A stretch of 64,000 bases of DNA, taken from NCBI GenBank assembly GCA_963713605.1, contig CAVQMO010000010.1:736001-800000 (forward strand), in the 5' to 3' direction. Numbering within the stretch: position 1 is the first letter of the stretch; every line of letters begins with the position of its first letter. Position numbers and translations under genes: made by a program. This document shows, one piece after another, positions 44,208-55,744 of this stretch. The DNA is from an uncultured Nitrososphaerales archaeon (GTDB taxonomy: Archaea; Thermoproteota; Nitrososphaeria; Nitrososphaerales; Nitrososphaeraceae). Below the pieces are notes generated by a model. It made no database searches. It was given only the letters and a program-made list of their open reading frames with translations, and was not told the DNA's origin.

Positions 44208-45860
44208 TCATAGACGACGTCCAACCGCGCTTTTACGAATGTTGATGTTGTATTTAAGACCGAACCTGTGAGATTCATCTCTTACATACCGAAGTAGCTT
44301 TAGTCCTTCATCATTAAAAGGCAAAATGAGTGGGTACTTATTACTGGTTGAATATATTTCTTCATTATCTTTTGCAATAGAAAAACAAGGTATATCCAAG
44401 TCAAGTAATCTCAAAGTTTCGACTGCACAGTTCAGATGTCCCTTACCTCCATCTATAAGTATCATATCAGGCAGTGGCAAACCCTTACTTACACTCTCAT
44501 TAGAATCTGGTCGGTATCTTCTCCTAACAATTTCTCTTATCATAGCAAAATCATCCTGTATTCCTTTATTTTCAATTCTGAATCTCCGATATCCGGATTT
44601 GGAACATTCGCCATTTACGAATCGCACACATGCGCCAACTGCTATGCTTGTTCCTAAATTTGATACATCGAAGCAGTCGATAATATATGGTATAGCTTCC
44701 AATTGTAGCTTGTTCCTTAGATTTAGAAGTGACGGGTGATATCCCTGTTCGACATACAGTAATAGGTTTGTCATTATTAATTCCATAATTTTACTACTGT
44801 CATCATGATGGAGCCCCTTTTGAACTGGTAGTATTGTTACTTTATGCCCAGAGATAGATTCAAGATACCTTCTAAGTGCATCAGCATCTTGAACTTTTTC
44901 ATTTGTATAAATATACCTTGGAACCATACCATCTGAATTATAGTATTGTGAAATGAACGTACCTAGGGAATTATCCCCTACGAGATCAAAGCTAGTATGA
45001 TTCCTATCCATTATTACTCCTTTTCTACGCTTCAAAGTTAGTACGTGGGCAACTCCCGTATCTTCGTTCGCCATGATACCAAAGAATTCTTCATCTGCAC
45101 CTCGATTTGATTTTGTTTCTATTTTTTGCTTTACTGTTATATTTTCAAGTCTTTGAATAGTATCGCGAAGGTCCTTTGCTATCTCATATTTGTGCTTCCT
45201 TGATGCTTCAGTCATCTCCTCTTTTAATCTGCCTTTTAATTGTTCCATATCGCTTCTTTTTGTAAGTACCTCATGCAACATCGTCACCTTGTCCATATAT
45301 TGTTCCCTTGATACATTTCCAATACATGGAGCCTCACAATTCTTAAGAAAAAATTCTAAACAAGGTTTCTTAGGTAATTTTTTACAAATTCTTACTTTAA
45401 ACAATCTTCTCAATGATCCTGTGGACAATATCTTTGAACTGCCATAAACAAATGGACCGTAGACCTTTCCCTTAGGACCAAAAAATTCACCGTTTCTGTT
45501 CCTTCGCGCAACAAGAAGGCGAGGGAATTCTTCTTGAGTTATTTTCAGATAGGTATATTTCTGCTGATACTTCAGCTCGATATTAAAGATTGGCCTGTAT
45601 TGTTTTATCAGACTTGATTCGAGAAGAAACGCTTCTGTTTCGTTAAGTGTGACTACGAAATCAATGTCTGCAACCTGTGAGAGTAAACGCGCTGTCTTGA
45701 TAGCATGATAACTGTCTTCAACCTTATTTACAACATAACTTTTTAGTCTTTTTTTTAGATTTTTTGCTTTGCCTATATATATCACTCGGCCGCTCTGGTC
45801 TTTCATAAAATAGACGCCCGGACCGTCGGGAACATGAATGATTTTTTGTTCTAAACTCAT
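44208..45860 (-). CDS. uvrC: Excinuclease ABC subunit C
   Basis: GIY-YIG region [14 protein letters not shown], then [21 protein letters not shown] and RDESHRF. The ORF ends before any HhH tail. Confidence 0.93.
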   Translation of the reverse strand: MSLEQKIIHVPDGPGVYFMKDQSGRVIYIGKAKNLKKRLKSYVVNKVEDSYHAIKTARLLSQVADIDFVVTLNETEAFLLESSLIKQYRPIFNIELKYQQKYTYLKITQEEFPRLLVARRNRNGEFFGPKGKVYGPFVYGSSKILSTGSLRRLFKVRICKKLPKKPCLEFFLKNCEAPCIGNVSREQYMDKVTMLHEVLTKRSDMEQLKGRLKEEMTEASRKHKYEIAKDLRDTIQRLENITVKQKIETKSNRGADEEFFGIMANEDTGVAHVLTLKRRKGVIMDRNHTSFDLVGDNSLGTFISQYYNSDGMVPRYIYTNEKVQDADALRRYLESISGHKVTILPVQKGLHHDDSSKIMELIMTNLLLYVEQGYHPSLLNLRNKLQLEAIPYIIDCFDVSNLGTSIAVGACVRFVNGECSKSGYRRFRIENKGIQDDFAMIREIVRRRYRPDSNESVSKGLPLPDMILIDGGKGHLNCAVETLRLLDLDIPCFSIAKDNEEIYSTSNKYPLILPFNDEGLKLLRYVRDESHRFGLKYNINIRKSAVGRRL

Positions 45861-48768
45861 TTTCTTGGATCCTGCTCTCTTATCACAGTGTTAAGTATCT
45901 GGTTTGGAAACAATTTTGATTTGAGGTATTTACCTGTTTGGCTGCAATCGCTTCGTGAGATCTCTTCCGGTGTGCCGCAGGCAACTATCTTTCCTCCCAA
46001 TTGTCCTCCTTCAGGTCCAAGATCTATTATCCAGTCGGCAGAGGCGATTACATCTAAATTATGCTCTATGATGATGACAGTGTTGCCAAGGTCAACTAAT
46101 TTTTGCAGGACATAAAGCAGTTTACTAACATCGGCGAAATGAAGCCCAGTAGTAGGCTCGTCAAGGATATAGACAGTACTTCCTGTGTCTTTTTTCGATA
46201 GTTCAGCCGCAAGTTTGATCCTTTGAGACTCTCCACCGGAAAATGTTGTCGCCGGTTGTCCCAAACGTATGTAACCTAGACCAACGTTACTAAGGAAGAT
46301 TAATTTTCTATATATGCTTGGAATATTCGAAAAGAACTCGAGTGCTTCATCGACAGTCATAGTCAAAATATCTGCGACTGTCTTTTTCTTGAATGTAATG
46401 CTTAGAGTTTCTGAATTGTATCTCTTACCCTTACAGGTATCACAGGTTACATATACGTCAGCTAGGAACTGCATCTCAATTCGCTTTACCCCCACCCCTT
46501 CGCATTCTTCGCACCTGCCATCGGGAACATTAAAAGAAAATCTTCCAGGCTTGAATCCTTTTTCCTTTGCCATTGGCGTCTTTGAAAATAGTTCTCTTAT
46601 CGGCGTGAATGCATTTACGTAAGTTGCAGCATTTGATTTTGGGGTACGACCAATTGGGGATTGATCGATCCCTATAACCTTGTCTACCAATTCCAGTCCT
46701 GTAATGCCTTTGTGTTTTCCAATCCGTTCTCGAGAATGATAAAAATGAGCCGATAATCCCTTAAAGAGTATATCATTGACCAGAGTAGACTTCCCCGAAC
46801 CAGACACACCAGTAACTAGAGTCAAGCAGCCCAACGGGAAGGAGACATCGATGTTCTTTAAATTATTCTCTTCAGCTCTATGCACTGTGATGAATTTATT
46901 TGCACTCCTTCTCTTCTCCTTTGGTCTTGTGACATGCAAAGCGCCAGTTAGGTATTGACCGGTAACTGATTCAACCGACCTAGATACGTCTTCTACAGTC
47001 CCGCATGCTACTACCTCGCCTCCATGGTTACCAGCTCCTGGTCCCAGAATCTAATACCCAATCAGAACTTCTTATTACTTCCTCATCATGTTCGACGATG
47101 ATTAGCGAATTCCCTAGCTCCCTAAGTTTTTTCAGAGTTGCAATGAGTTTCGCGTTATCTCTTTGATGTAACCCAATTGTAGGCTCATCTAGGACATAAG
47201 AGTACCCCAGAAAGATTTGAACCAATTTGAGTCGCCAACCTAATTCGCTGCGATTCACCTCCCGACAAAGTAGAAACGGTACAATTTAGCTGTAAATACT
47301 CTAAGCCTACATCCAAAAGGAATTGTAGGCGTGCTCTTACCTCTTTTAATATGGTTCTTGAAATGATCAAATCATTCGTTGAAAGTGCAATTTGGTTAAA
47401 GAATTTCAGGCAATCGCCTATTGAAAGATTGCACACATCCATTATGGATCTTCCATCAATCTTTACTGAGAGAGCTTCTTTTCTAAGCCTTTTCCCACCA
47501 CAAAACTCGCATAGGTGTTCACGCATATACTTGGCTATCTCTTCTCGCTTTGAATCAGATTCCGTTTGACCAAAAAGCCTTTCCAGATTGGGAATAACGC
47601 CTTCGAAATTTCCAGTGTATTCCCACTTACTCTCCGAATTTCTCGATTTGTAAATATACTGAATACGTTTGTCGGTCCCGTAAAGGATTACTCTAAGCTG
47701 ATCTTCAGTAAATTTGGAGATAGGTACATTCAAATTGAAACCAAAGTGTTTACCAACATCTCTGAGTTTCGACAATCTGAAGGAAGCGAACCGTCCTAGC
47801 CAAGGCTTGATGGCCCCTTCCAGTATGCTTTTCGACTTGTCGGGAATTATTAAATCGGGATCGAATTTTAGCTTGAAGCCTAATCCATTGCATTCTTTGC
47901 AAGCTCCGAATGGGGAATTAAATGAAAAGGAGCGAGGCTCCAACTCCCCTATGCTTAGTCCGCATGTAGGGCACGCATTTTGCTGAGAATAGATGTGTAA
48001 CTCATTATCCACCAGCATTGCAGCCAATCCGTTGCCTAACCGCAATGCCAATTGGACTGACTCAAATATTCGAGCTCGCTCTTCTTTGGATATCTCGAGC
48101 CTGTCGACAACCACTTCGATAGAGTGTTTCTTTTGTTTATCCAGGACAGGCAAATTTGACTCCCTCTCCACATTTCCACCTACTTGGTTGCTCTTGCCGT
48201 AACTATCTAGATTCGACAATACGCCATCAATTCTAACCCTTGGAAATCCATCTTTTTTTAGGCCTTCAAGTAGCTTTCTAAAGGATCCCTTTTTCTCTCT
48301 CACTACTGGGGAGAGCAGAATCCCTGTTCTTGCTTCAAAAGATGTAAGCATCGAATCACTAATGGCCTCTGTAGATTGTCGACTGATTCTTCGTTCACAA
48401 TTGGGGCAGAACGGAATTCCTATTCGAGCGTATAGCAAACGTAGATAGTCGTAAATCTCTGTAACTGTGCCCACGGTAGAACGCGGGTTCTTGTTTGTTG
48501 TTTTCTGCTGAATCGAAATAGCCGGAGAAAGTCCATCAATAGAATCAATATCAGGTTTGTCCATCATCTCTAAAAACTGTCTGGCATAAGCTGATAAAGA
48601 CTCCACGTATCTGCGTTGTCCCTCCGCATAGATCGTATCAAATGCAAGGGTAGATTTGCCTGAACCTGACAGGCCAGTAAAAACTACTAATTTATCCCTT
48701 GGGATAGTAACACTTATGTTCTTCAAGTTGTGCTCGCGCGCTCCCTTTACGATTATGTTATCAATCAT
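45857..48768 (-). CDS. uvrA: Excinuclease ABC subunit A (two apparent frameshifts, about 47040-47210)
   Basis: [28 protein letters not shown], two SGGESQR signatures and two LDEPT motifs. Confidence 0.95.
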
Positions 48769-48786
48769 CGATAGTCCCTAAGCTCC

Positions 48787-50727
48787 TTAAGTTACAGGTT
48801 CTCCTAAGGCTTTTTTTATTTTGTATAATTTGCTTCTCAATTCAATTGCACGTTCGAAATTAAGATCGTCTGCATTCTTTATCATTTGATCTTCTGTATT
48901 ACGCGCAAGTTTAGCAAGATCTGATCTACTCATTGACTTTATATTCACATCTATAGAATCATTCTGAGAACTTGTTATGGGTTTCATAATGGATTTTGGT
49001 ATAATGTTATTTCTCGTGTTATATTCAACCTGCTTTTCACGCCGCCGATCGCTTTCACTAATTGCTCTTTTCATTGAATCAGTGACCTTCTCAGCGTAAA
49101 GGATAACTCTTCCATCAATATTTCTGGCAGCCCTTCCAAAAGTCTGGACGAGGCTAGTAGAATTTCTTAGAAAGCCTTCCTTATCCGCATCCAAAATTGC
49201 GACTAATGATACTTCGGGAAGATCGAGACCTTCTCTAAGTAGATTTACACCTACTAATACGTCGAATTCTCCGATTCTCAATTGACGAAGAAGCTCAGTT
49301 CTATCCAAACCTTTTATTTCCGAATGAATATACCTTACCCTGACATTCTTTTTGGTTAAGAAATCAGCAAGATCTTCCGACATCCTCTTTGTCAAAGTTG
49401 TAACAAGAGTCCTCTGTTTCCGCTCTATTTGCCCCCGAATCTCTTGGATTAAGTCTTGCATTTGATTTCGGGCCTCGCGCACCTCAACTACAGGATCGAC
49501 TAGACCGGTTGGCCTTACTAATTGTTCGACAACCTGCCAACTCCGCTTCAATTCATAATCGGCTGGGGTAGCTGAAATGAAAATTACGTTTTTCATGTAC
49601 TCTTCGAATTCTTTGAATTTTAAAGGTCGATTGTCTGCTGCACTTGGAAGTCGAAATCCGTAATCGATAAGTGTTTTCTTTCTTCCATAATCGCCATTAA
49701 ACATAGCATGTAACTGAGGTATGGTAACATGAGACTCATCTATTACCAGACTAAAATCTTCACCGAAGAAATCCAAAAGGCAATACGGAGGATCACCAGG
49801 ATTTCTTCCGTCGAAGTGTCTGGAGTAATTTTCTATTCCTTGACAATAGCCTAACTCTTGTATCATTTCTGTATCATAATTAGTCCTGGAAGTGAGCCTC
49901 TGCCTTTCAAGTTCAGAAGGGAGATTGGGTAGCCATTCTTCAAGCTCTTGACGTATAGCTGTGATAGCTGATTGCCTTCTGTCGTCACTAACGACGTAGT
50001 GCTTGGCTGGGAATATCTTCAATCTCTGTATCTCTCTCTTGGTATCCATGGTGATAGGATCGTGCAGAGACATCATTTCGATATTTTGCCCAAAAAGCTC
50101 TATTCTCAAAAGATCCTCCGAGTAGGCAGGGATAACGTCAATGGTATCTCCTCGAACTCTAAATCCTCCAGCCTTTAACGAAAGATCGTTTCTTTCGTAT
50201 CGAGCATCTATGAGCCTACTAATAATCCACTTTCGATCAACCTTGGAATTTCTGTCAAGCAGAATTGAATTCTGGTCCCATTCAACAGGGGAGCCTAAAG
50301 AGTATATACATGAAACGGTAGCTACTATGATCGTAGGCTCTCCAGACATTAACATTGCTGTTGCCTCTAACCGCATCTTCTCTATTCTTTCGTTTATTTC
50401 CGTATCCTTTTCAATATAAGTGTCCGTCTGAGGGAGGTAGCTCTCTGGTTGATAGTAATCATAAAAGCTCACAAAATAACCTACATTGTTTTGTGGGAAA
50501 AATTCCTTTAATTCGGTATAAAGCTGAGCTGCTAACGTCTTATTGTGGGATATTATGAGAGTGTTCTTATTAATAGCCGCTATCACATTTGCAACTGTAA
50601 ATGTTTTGCCGCTACCAGTAACTCCAAGTAGAGTTTGGCAACCACTCTTCTCTAAGGCTCCATTAGAGAGTTTGGATATCGCAGTAGGCTGATCCCCGCT
50701 AGGAGGAAAACAATTCGGAGATAGCAT
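48787..50727 (-). CDS. uvrB: Excinuclease ABC subunit B
   Basis: PSGDQP, LGVTGSGKTFT, HNKTLAAQLY, YDYYQPE, IDESH, GFRLPSA and GRAARN. The start is placed at MLSP. Confidence 0.96.
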   Translation of the reverse strand: MLSPNCFPPSGDQPTAISKLSNGALEKSGCQTLLGVTGSGKTFTVANVIAAINKNTLIISHNKTLAAQLYTELKEFFPQNNVGYFVSFYDYYQPESYLPQTDTYIEKDTEINERIEKMRLEATAMLMSGEPTIIVATVSCIYSLGSPVEWDQNSILLDRNSKVDRKWIISRLIDARYERNDLSLKAGGFRVRGDTIDVIPAYSEDLLRIELFGQNIEMMSLHDPITMDTKREIQRLKIFPAKHYVVSDDRRQSAITAIRQELEEWLPNLPSELERQRLTSRTNYDTEMIQELGYCQGIENYSRHFDGRNPGDPPYCLLDFFGEDFSLVIDESHVTIPQLHAMFNGDYGRKKTLIDYGFRLPSAADNRPLKFKEFEEYMKNVIFISATPADYELKRSWQVVEQLVRPTGLVDPVVEVREARNQMQDLIQEIRGQIERKQRTLVTTLTKRMSEDLADFLTKKNVRVRYIHSEIKGLDRTELLRQLRIGEFDVLVGVNLLREGLDLPEVSLVAILDADKEGFLRNSTSLVQTFGRAARNIDGRVILYAEKVTDSMKRAISESDRRREKQVEYNTRNNIIPKSIMKPITSSQNDSIDVNIKSMSRSDLAKLARNTEDQMIKNADDLNFERAIELRSKLYKIKKALGEPVT

Positions 50728-51006
50728 GAATCTACTAGACTTAATATTGCTCTGATACAATCCATCCTTACAAAGATCATTACGCGAATATAATACTATT
50801 ACATAAGTTATCCTAGCGAAAACTATCTCTGCATTTGAAGTCAGACTTGAATCGTTCACGTTGGCGAGCGCTTTTCAGAAAAAATCAGGGGCTTATATTG
50901 CCGTTTTCAGCTAAAACCTATGCTCTATATGTGTTGTCATCGATAGATGGAATCCGCAAAAAATAGAGTTAACATCGCCCGTTAACTATCTCTTCAATGT
51001 TGGCGG

Positions 51007-51174
51007 TTAGCTCTCTGATGCGTTTTTGTGGTTATTTACTGCTGTCTTTTTTTTGGTCACTTCGTGACGTAAATCATCTGCCGTTAGTCCCCTGCCGCCT
51101 TCTACCGCTGTATTGTAGTTATCACGCTTTAGGGCGCTTTGATCCTTGAGTCTTTTGAGATTGTTTGTGCTAAT
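51007..51174 (-). CDS. Possible 55-aa hydrophilic protein with an ATT start
   Basis: Open frame ISTNNLKRLKDQSALKRDNYNTAVEGGRGLTADDLRHEVTKKKTAVNNHKNASES, preceded by an SD-like GGTGA. Confidence 0.3.
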   Translation of the reverse strand: MSTNNLKRLKDQSALKRDNYNTAVEGGRGLTADDLRHEVTKKKTAVNNHKNASES

Positions 51175-51308
51175 TGGTTCACCCTACTCCAAAGAGGAGG
51201 CAGAGTATTGTGACCTGTGCCATGACAAGAGTGAAAGATTCTTTCAAAACTATAGAAGAATCTTATATAAACAATATCTTCGTTATGAGCACCTTACAGT
51301 GAGATGAT

Positions 51309-51536
51309 ATGAAATGGGAATGTATTCACTCTAACAGTATAATTGATAGGGCGAAGTTCACAGATTTCATAAAGCAAAGTGACAATGACAAGAACAGCAT
51401 TCAAGAAGCAAGAGTACAGAGTGGCGTCTACTACCAGACTAACTTAATGCCAGAACTGCAGAGTAAGACGAATAGCGTCGTTTTTCAAGTCCATAGTGTT
51501 TTTAAGCGGGATCGGCCAGGTACACCTGTAAAATGA
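51309..51536 (+). CDS. Hypothetical protein
   Basis: 75-aa ORF downstream of a TTATATAA box, with an ATGA overlap with the next ORF. Confidence 0.45.
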   Translation: MKWECIHSNSIIDRAKFTDFIKQSDNDKNSIQEARVQSGVYYQTNLMPELQSKTNSVVFQVHSVFKRDRPGTPVK

Positions 51537-51751
51537 ATGCTGAAGAAGCTAAGGCATTGTTGAATGATAGAGGAATATCCATTATGAATATGCCTGATGG
51601 CTATATGCTAACGGTATCCAGCAGGGAAGGCAGTCCGTCACGGCGTATCGAAATGGATGAAATGGATGCGATCTTAGTATTAGGCAAAATTAGACTGATT
51701 GCAGTTGAGGACACGGTTGGAGACATCCTTATCGAAGTATCAAAGTCCTAG
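51533..51751 (+). CDS. Hypothetical protein
   Basis: 72-aa ORF translationally coupled to the previous one. Confidence 0.55.
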   Translation: MNAEEAKALLNDRGISIMNMPDGYMLTVSSREGSPSRRIEMDEMDAILVLGKIRLIAVEDTVGDILIEVSKS

Positions 51752-52061
51752 ATCGTTGGAATTGCAATCTGATTTAGGCTACCATTATTTCAACTAGATA
51801 GCGCTTAATATAATCAGCATAACAAATTATAGACTATCTTCCTTAATATTCTCTTGTATAGAACACATTTGACAACCCTTGGCAGTATTCATGTCTTCAT
51901 GTTCTAAATCAGCAATCCAATCCTAGAACTAACGTCCATCATAGTGAACTCCGCTCGTCTAAGGTATAGAAATATGTCATTGAACCACTACTGTGGTGTA
52001 GGTTATGGACCAGAGTTTTTCTTTATAGTAAGTTAATATTGTTTATATTATTTGCAAGCAC

Positions 52062-52740
52062 ATGAAGGATATCGTGAATGACTACATAAACCCTGATAGT
52101 AAACACTCTGCTCTTCTTGTAATTGATGTTCAACTTGATTTTACTCTAATTGGTGCTGCCAGCTGAAATACCAGGTACATTGCAGGCTGTACGGTATATC
52201 CAGCGTCTAATTCGGAAGTATAGAGAGCAAGAAGCGCCTATAATTCAAGACTTTATAATGCAGATGGGTCTAATGCTGACCTCTGTAGAAGAAAGTCTAT
52301 AGAGAGTGGAAAGCAACTGGTCATTCCTGAAACTGATGGCGCTGAGCTGATGGACGAACTCAAGCCCTCAGCCGATATCAAATTGAATTCAACTTTATTG
52401 CTTTCTGGTAATCTTCAGCAGATAGGATTCTATGGAATGGATAATTTACAAACCCCGATGGGGCGCATTTTACAAAACAACATTAGAAAAGCATTTGCAT
52501 AATCTAGGTGTTAATACAGTAGTTGTATGTGGATGTAACTTTCCCAACTGTCCCCGCACAACAATATATGAAGCAAGTGAGCGAGATTTCAAAATTGTTA
52601 TGGCTAAAGATGCTACATCACTTGTTTATGACATAGGACTACAAGAGCTACAAAACATTGGTGTATCAGTAATGGATACTGATGAATGTATAGCCTGGCT
52701 TGGAGAATCTTATTCAAAATTTAAGACTATAAGCAACTAG
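52062..52740 (+). pseudogene. Isochorismatase/cysteine hydrolase family, frameshifted twice
   Basis: SALLVIDVQLDF, then AEIPGT..., then RLYNADGSNADLCRR...YKPRWGAFYKT...GCNFPNCPRTT, in three different frames. Confidence 0.7.
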
Positions 52741-53089
52741 AAAAACTAAATGTAAAAAGATAGAGAAAAAAAGATATGGCCAATATCAACTTAGAAGTTT
52801 GGATTCAGTTGTCCAGAGCATGCTACATATATTTATTCTTCAAGTTGAATAAGATGGCCTATAAATAGCCTATAAATAACCATGCAAAGGGAATAATAAG
52901 TTCAGTGCTCGGGGTAGGAAGAAAGGGCAATTTCGAGGCTCGTCGAATGTCCTTCTTTTCCTCTCTATCCTAACTGACGTCTAACTGAAAAACTATGTAA
53001 TTTTGCTGAGGTTGGTTATTGATACGCCCCAACCCGAAGTTCGGTATTTTGAATAAAAATTCCCCTTTCAGATCCAATAACGACTGTTC

Positions 53090-53590
53090 TTAGTTTACCA
53101 CCAACACAGGGCATCTCGAATCTCTTAATACTTCGGATGCTACACTTCCAAGCAATACTTTCTTAATGCCAGATCTCCCCCGTGTTCCAATAACTATAAG
53201 GTTCACCATATTATGTACAGCGTAGTCCATTATTGTTGCTGATATTGAAGTAGATGTTACTATAACATCGTTCTCTAGCTTCATATTATATCTATTCTTA
53301 TCCGAAGTGCTGTTAACTTGTGCTATTTTATGATTAATAGTATTGAACTACTGGCCCGCATCCTGTTTCGCTGAATCCAGTATTGCAGCTAATGAGGTAG
53401 AATCTTCAAGTTTATTCAAATATGAAGCATATGCATAACCTAACTGTGAGTAAAATACATAAAGTGCTATTAATTTGGCCTCGTATTTTCTTGCAATTGA
53501 AATAGCAATATCAGCTGCATGCATGGACTGTTCGGAACCATCTATTGCAACCAAGACCCTGGATAATCTTTTTAATTTAGTTAGGTTCAA
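53090..53590 (-). pseudogene. Universal stress protein (UspA family) interrupted by an in-frame TAG
   Basis: VLVAIDGSEQSMHAA and LIVIGTRGRSGIKKVLLGSVASEV...CPVLVV are in the same frame, separated only by the TAG at 53348-53350. Confidence 0.85.
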
Positions 53591-53996
53591 TATCTTCGTT
53601 TAATAAAACAAATAATTAAGCTAAACTATGGAATGACTGTACAACTTCGTGTTGCCGGTAGCAGTAAAGGTTCATTAGAGTGATTTAAAGGTCTTAACTG
53701 CCAGCACTAATTATATAACAATGAAGCGAGTATACTTCAGCAATCAGAGACGCTGAGGCAGCGAATTCTAGGGGTGATACAAATTCGGAGTCCTTCATAC
53801 GCCTAAAGGAAATAGAGATTTTTAAGGTAGTGGCAGTTCCTGTAATTCAATTTTTGATCAGGTACTAATTTGATGCATCAATGAGTCAGCCCGGGTTGTG
53901 ATACATGAGCGAATGAGCGGATCTTCAATTAAGCCATTTTTCGTTTAGCCAAAATTGTCGAGCAAACCTTTTCTTTAACTTCGCTTATATTATGAC

Positions 53997-54719
53997 ATGG
54001 AACTATCCGTCGAGTCGCTTACCAAAGAATCCTTTCTTTCCTTTTTGGAAAATGATGCAAACATTCGAGTAGATGGTTTCCTTGAGAGCGCGATGGCTGT
54101 TGCCGAAGAAGTTCATGAAGGTGTCACGAGAGAAGACGGGGTTTCATCATTTTTAAATACACATATTTGGCCAGTGGCAAAGAATGTGACAGTTCATTAC
54201 CGGAAGAATAACAAAGCCATTACAACAGTGGAGATTGCAAGCACGGTTCTACATGACGTCCTTGAGGATAACGATCGAATCCTCAATCTTTATGAAACTA
54301 GATCTTATGGATTTGACGCATATCTGCGATATCAATTTGGAAGTCGCGTGCTTAATGTACTTCACACTTTAAAAACTCCCGCACTGGATACTTATGGCGC
54401 CGCAAAGAAAGATATCGAACAAGAAAGATTTCACGATTACTGTGCTCATTTGGCCAACGCAGATTATGACATCAAGTGCATCAAGCTTTTCGATCGGGTG
54501 AATAACATGAAGTTCATTGAGTATACAGCTTCAACGAATAAGAAACCTGTAGTCTATACGAAGATAAAAAGATACCTTCTGGAGGCTGAGGACTTTTATC
54601 TAGCCTATACAATGCTAGAGCCAAGAATGCCAGAGCTATACAAGGAATTGAGGGGCTTATATGAACAATTGCGTTCGTATTATCTTGAGCAAACCTTAAG
54701 CCTACCTCATGCTCAATAG
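53997..54719 (+). CDS. HD-domain hydrolase (SpoT hydrolase/Mesh1-like)
   Basis: A...HEG..R.DG...F..H...VA, VLHDVLED, FG..V..V and IKLFDRVNNM. Confidence 0.8.
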   Translation: MELSVESLTKESFLSFLENDANIRVDGFLESAMAVAEEVHEGVTREDGVSSFLNTHIWPVAKNVTVHYRKNNKAITTVEIASTVLHDVLEDNDRILNLYETRSYGFDAYLRYQFGSRVLNVLHTLKTPALDTYGAAKKDIEQERFHDYCAHLANADYDIKCIKLFDRVNNMKFIEYTASTNKKPVVYTKIKRYLLEAEDFYLAYTMLEPRMPELYKELRGLYEQLRSYYLEQTLSLPHAQ

Positions 54720-54850
54720 AAATGGATGCATAATTTCTAATTTCTGTTAAGACATAACATCTAATCTGGTGTTGGTCTTTTTTTGTTAAGAAGATCTGTG
54801 CGCCCTATCCAAAAGCCATTTAAAGGGTATTTATGGGTAGGTATGACTGC

Positions 54851-55744
54851 ATGCCAGTACGACCATTGAGTGTGGGAGTAATAGTCAAATTAGAGCCGGA
54901 CTTTAGTGAAGGAAACGTAAGTTACAATCCAGACGGTACCTCTTAACCGGGCAGAAACTAAAAATATACTTGGCCCTCATAGCGCTGCCAGCCACACTGG
55001 CTTCCTTTTATTGCAAGGTGAAATATGAAGCAAGAGTGGCAATTGGTACGATGGGACCACCCATCGCTAATCAAGCACTGAGACAGGCTCAAATCATTTC
55101 CAATGCAGACGAATTGCACTTGTACAGTGATAGGATCTTTGCGGGCGCGGATACCTTGGCGACTGCAGAGGTACTTAGACTGGGCGTATTACGTATGAAT
55201 AATGGTTTGGGCGCCGATATCGTCATTTCTGGTCATAGAGCATCGGACGGCGAAACTGGCCAAACTGGTCCACAGACCGCATGGAAGCTTGGTTACCCTT
55301 TCATAGGAAATGTAATCGACTTTCATATAGATCAAGAGAGGAGAAGTATTTATGCTAAAAGATTCATCTCATTATATGGCTTTTATGATGTGATAGAAGA
55401 GATTCAGAGCTCCTCTACCTGTTTTTATATCAGCCGATCCTTCGTACAAGCCATCATTTAATACAGTATCGGAGAGGCTCTCCTTGGCGAGGAATCTCAA
55501 CGAAGCAAGGAGTAAGGCCGACAACTTTGAAAAGTACCTTCAAGTATATAATTCAGAAGGTCTTGGCGCAGATCCTAGATTTGTTGGTCTTCCAGGATCG
55601 CCAACGATTGTGTATAAAGTGGAAAAGATTCCAAAGGCGAAGGCCAAGAGGAGAGTAGAGGTTGTTGATGGGAATGACACAGGTCAGCTCGATATGGTAG
55701 CAAAAAAACTACTTCAACTCATGACGGAGGCCCCAATAAAATGA
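54851..55744 (+). CDS. fixA: Electron transfer flavoprotein beta subunit (frameshifted)
   Basis: VKLEPD...NPDGT, TMGPP, SDRIFAGADTLATA, G.RASDGETGQTGP and GLPGSPTIV across three frames. Confidence 0.88.
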
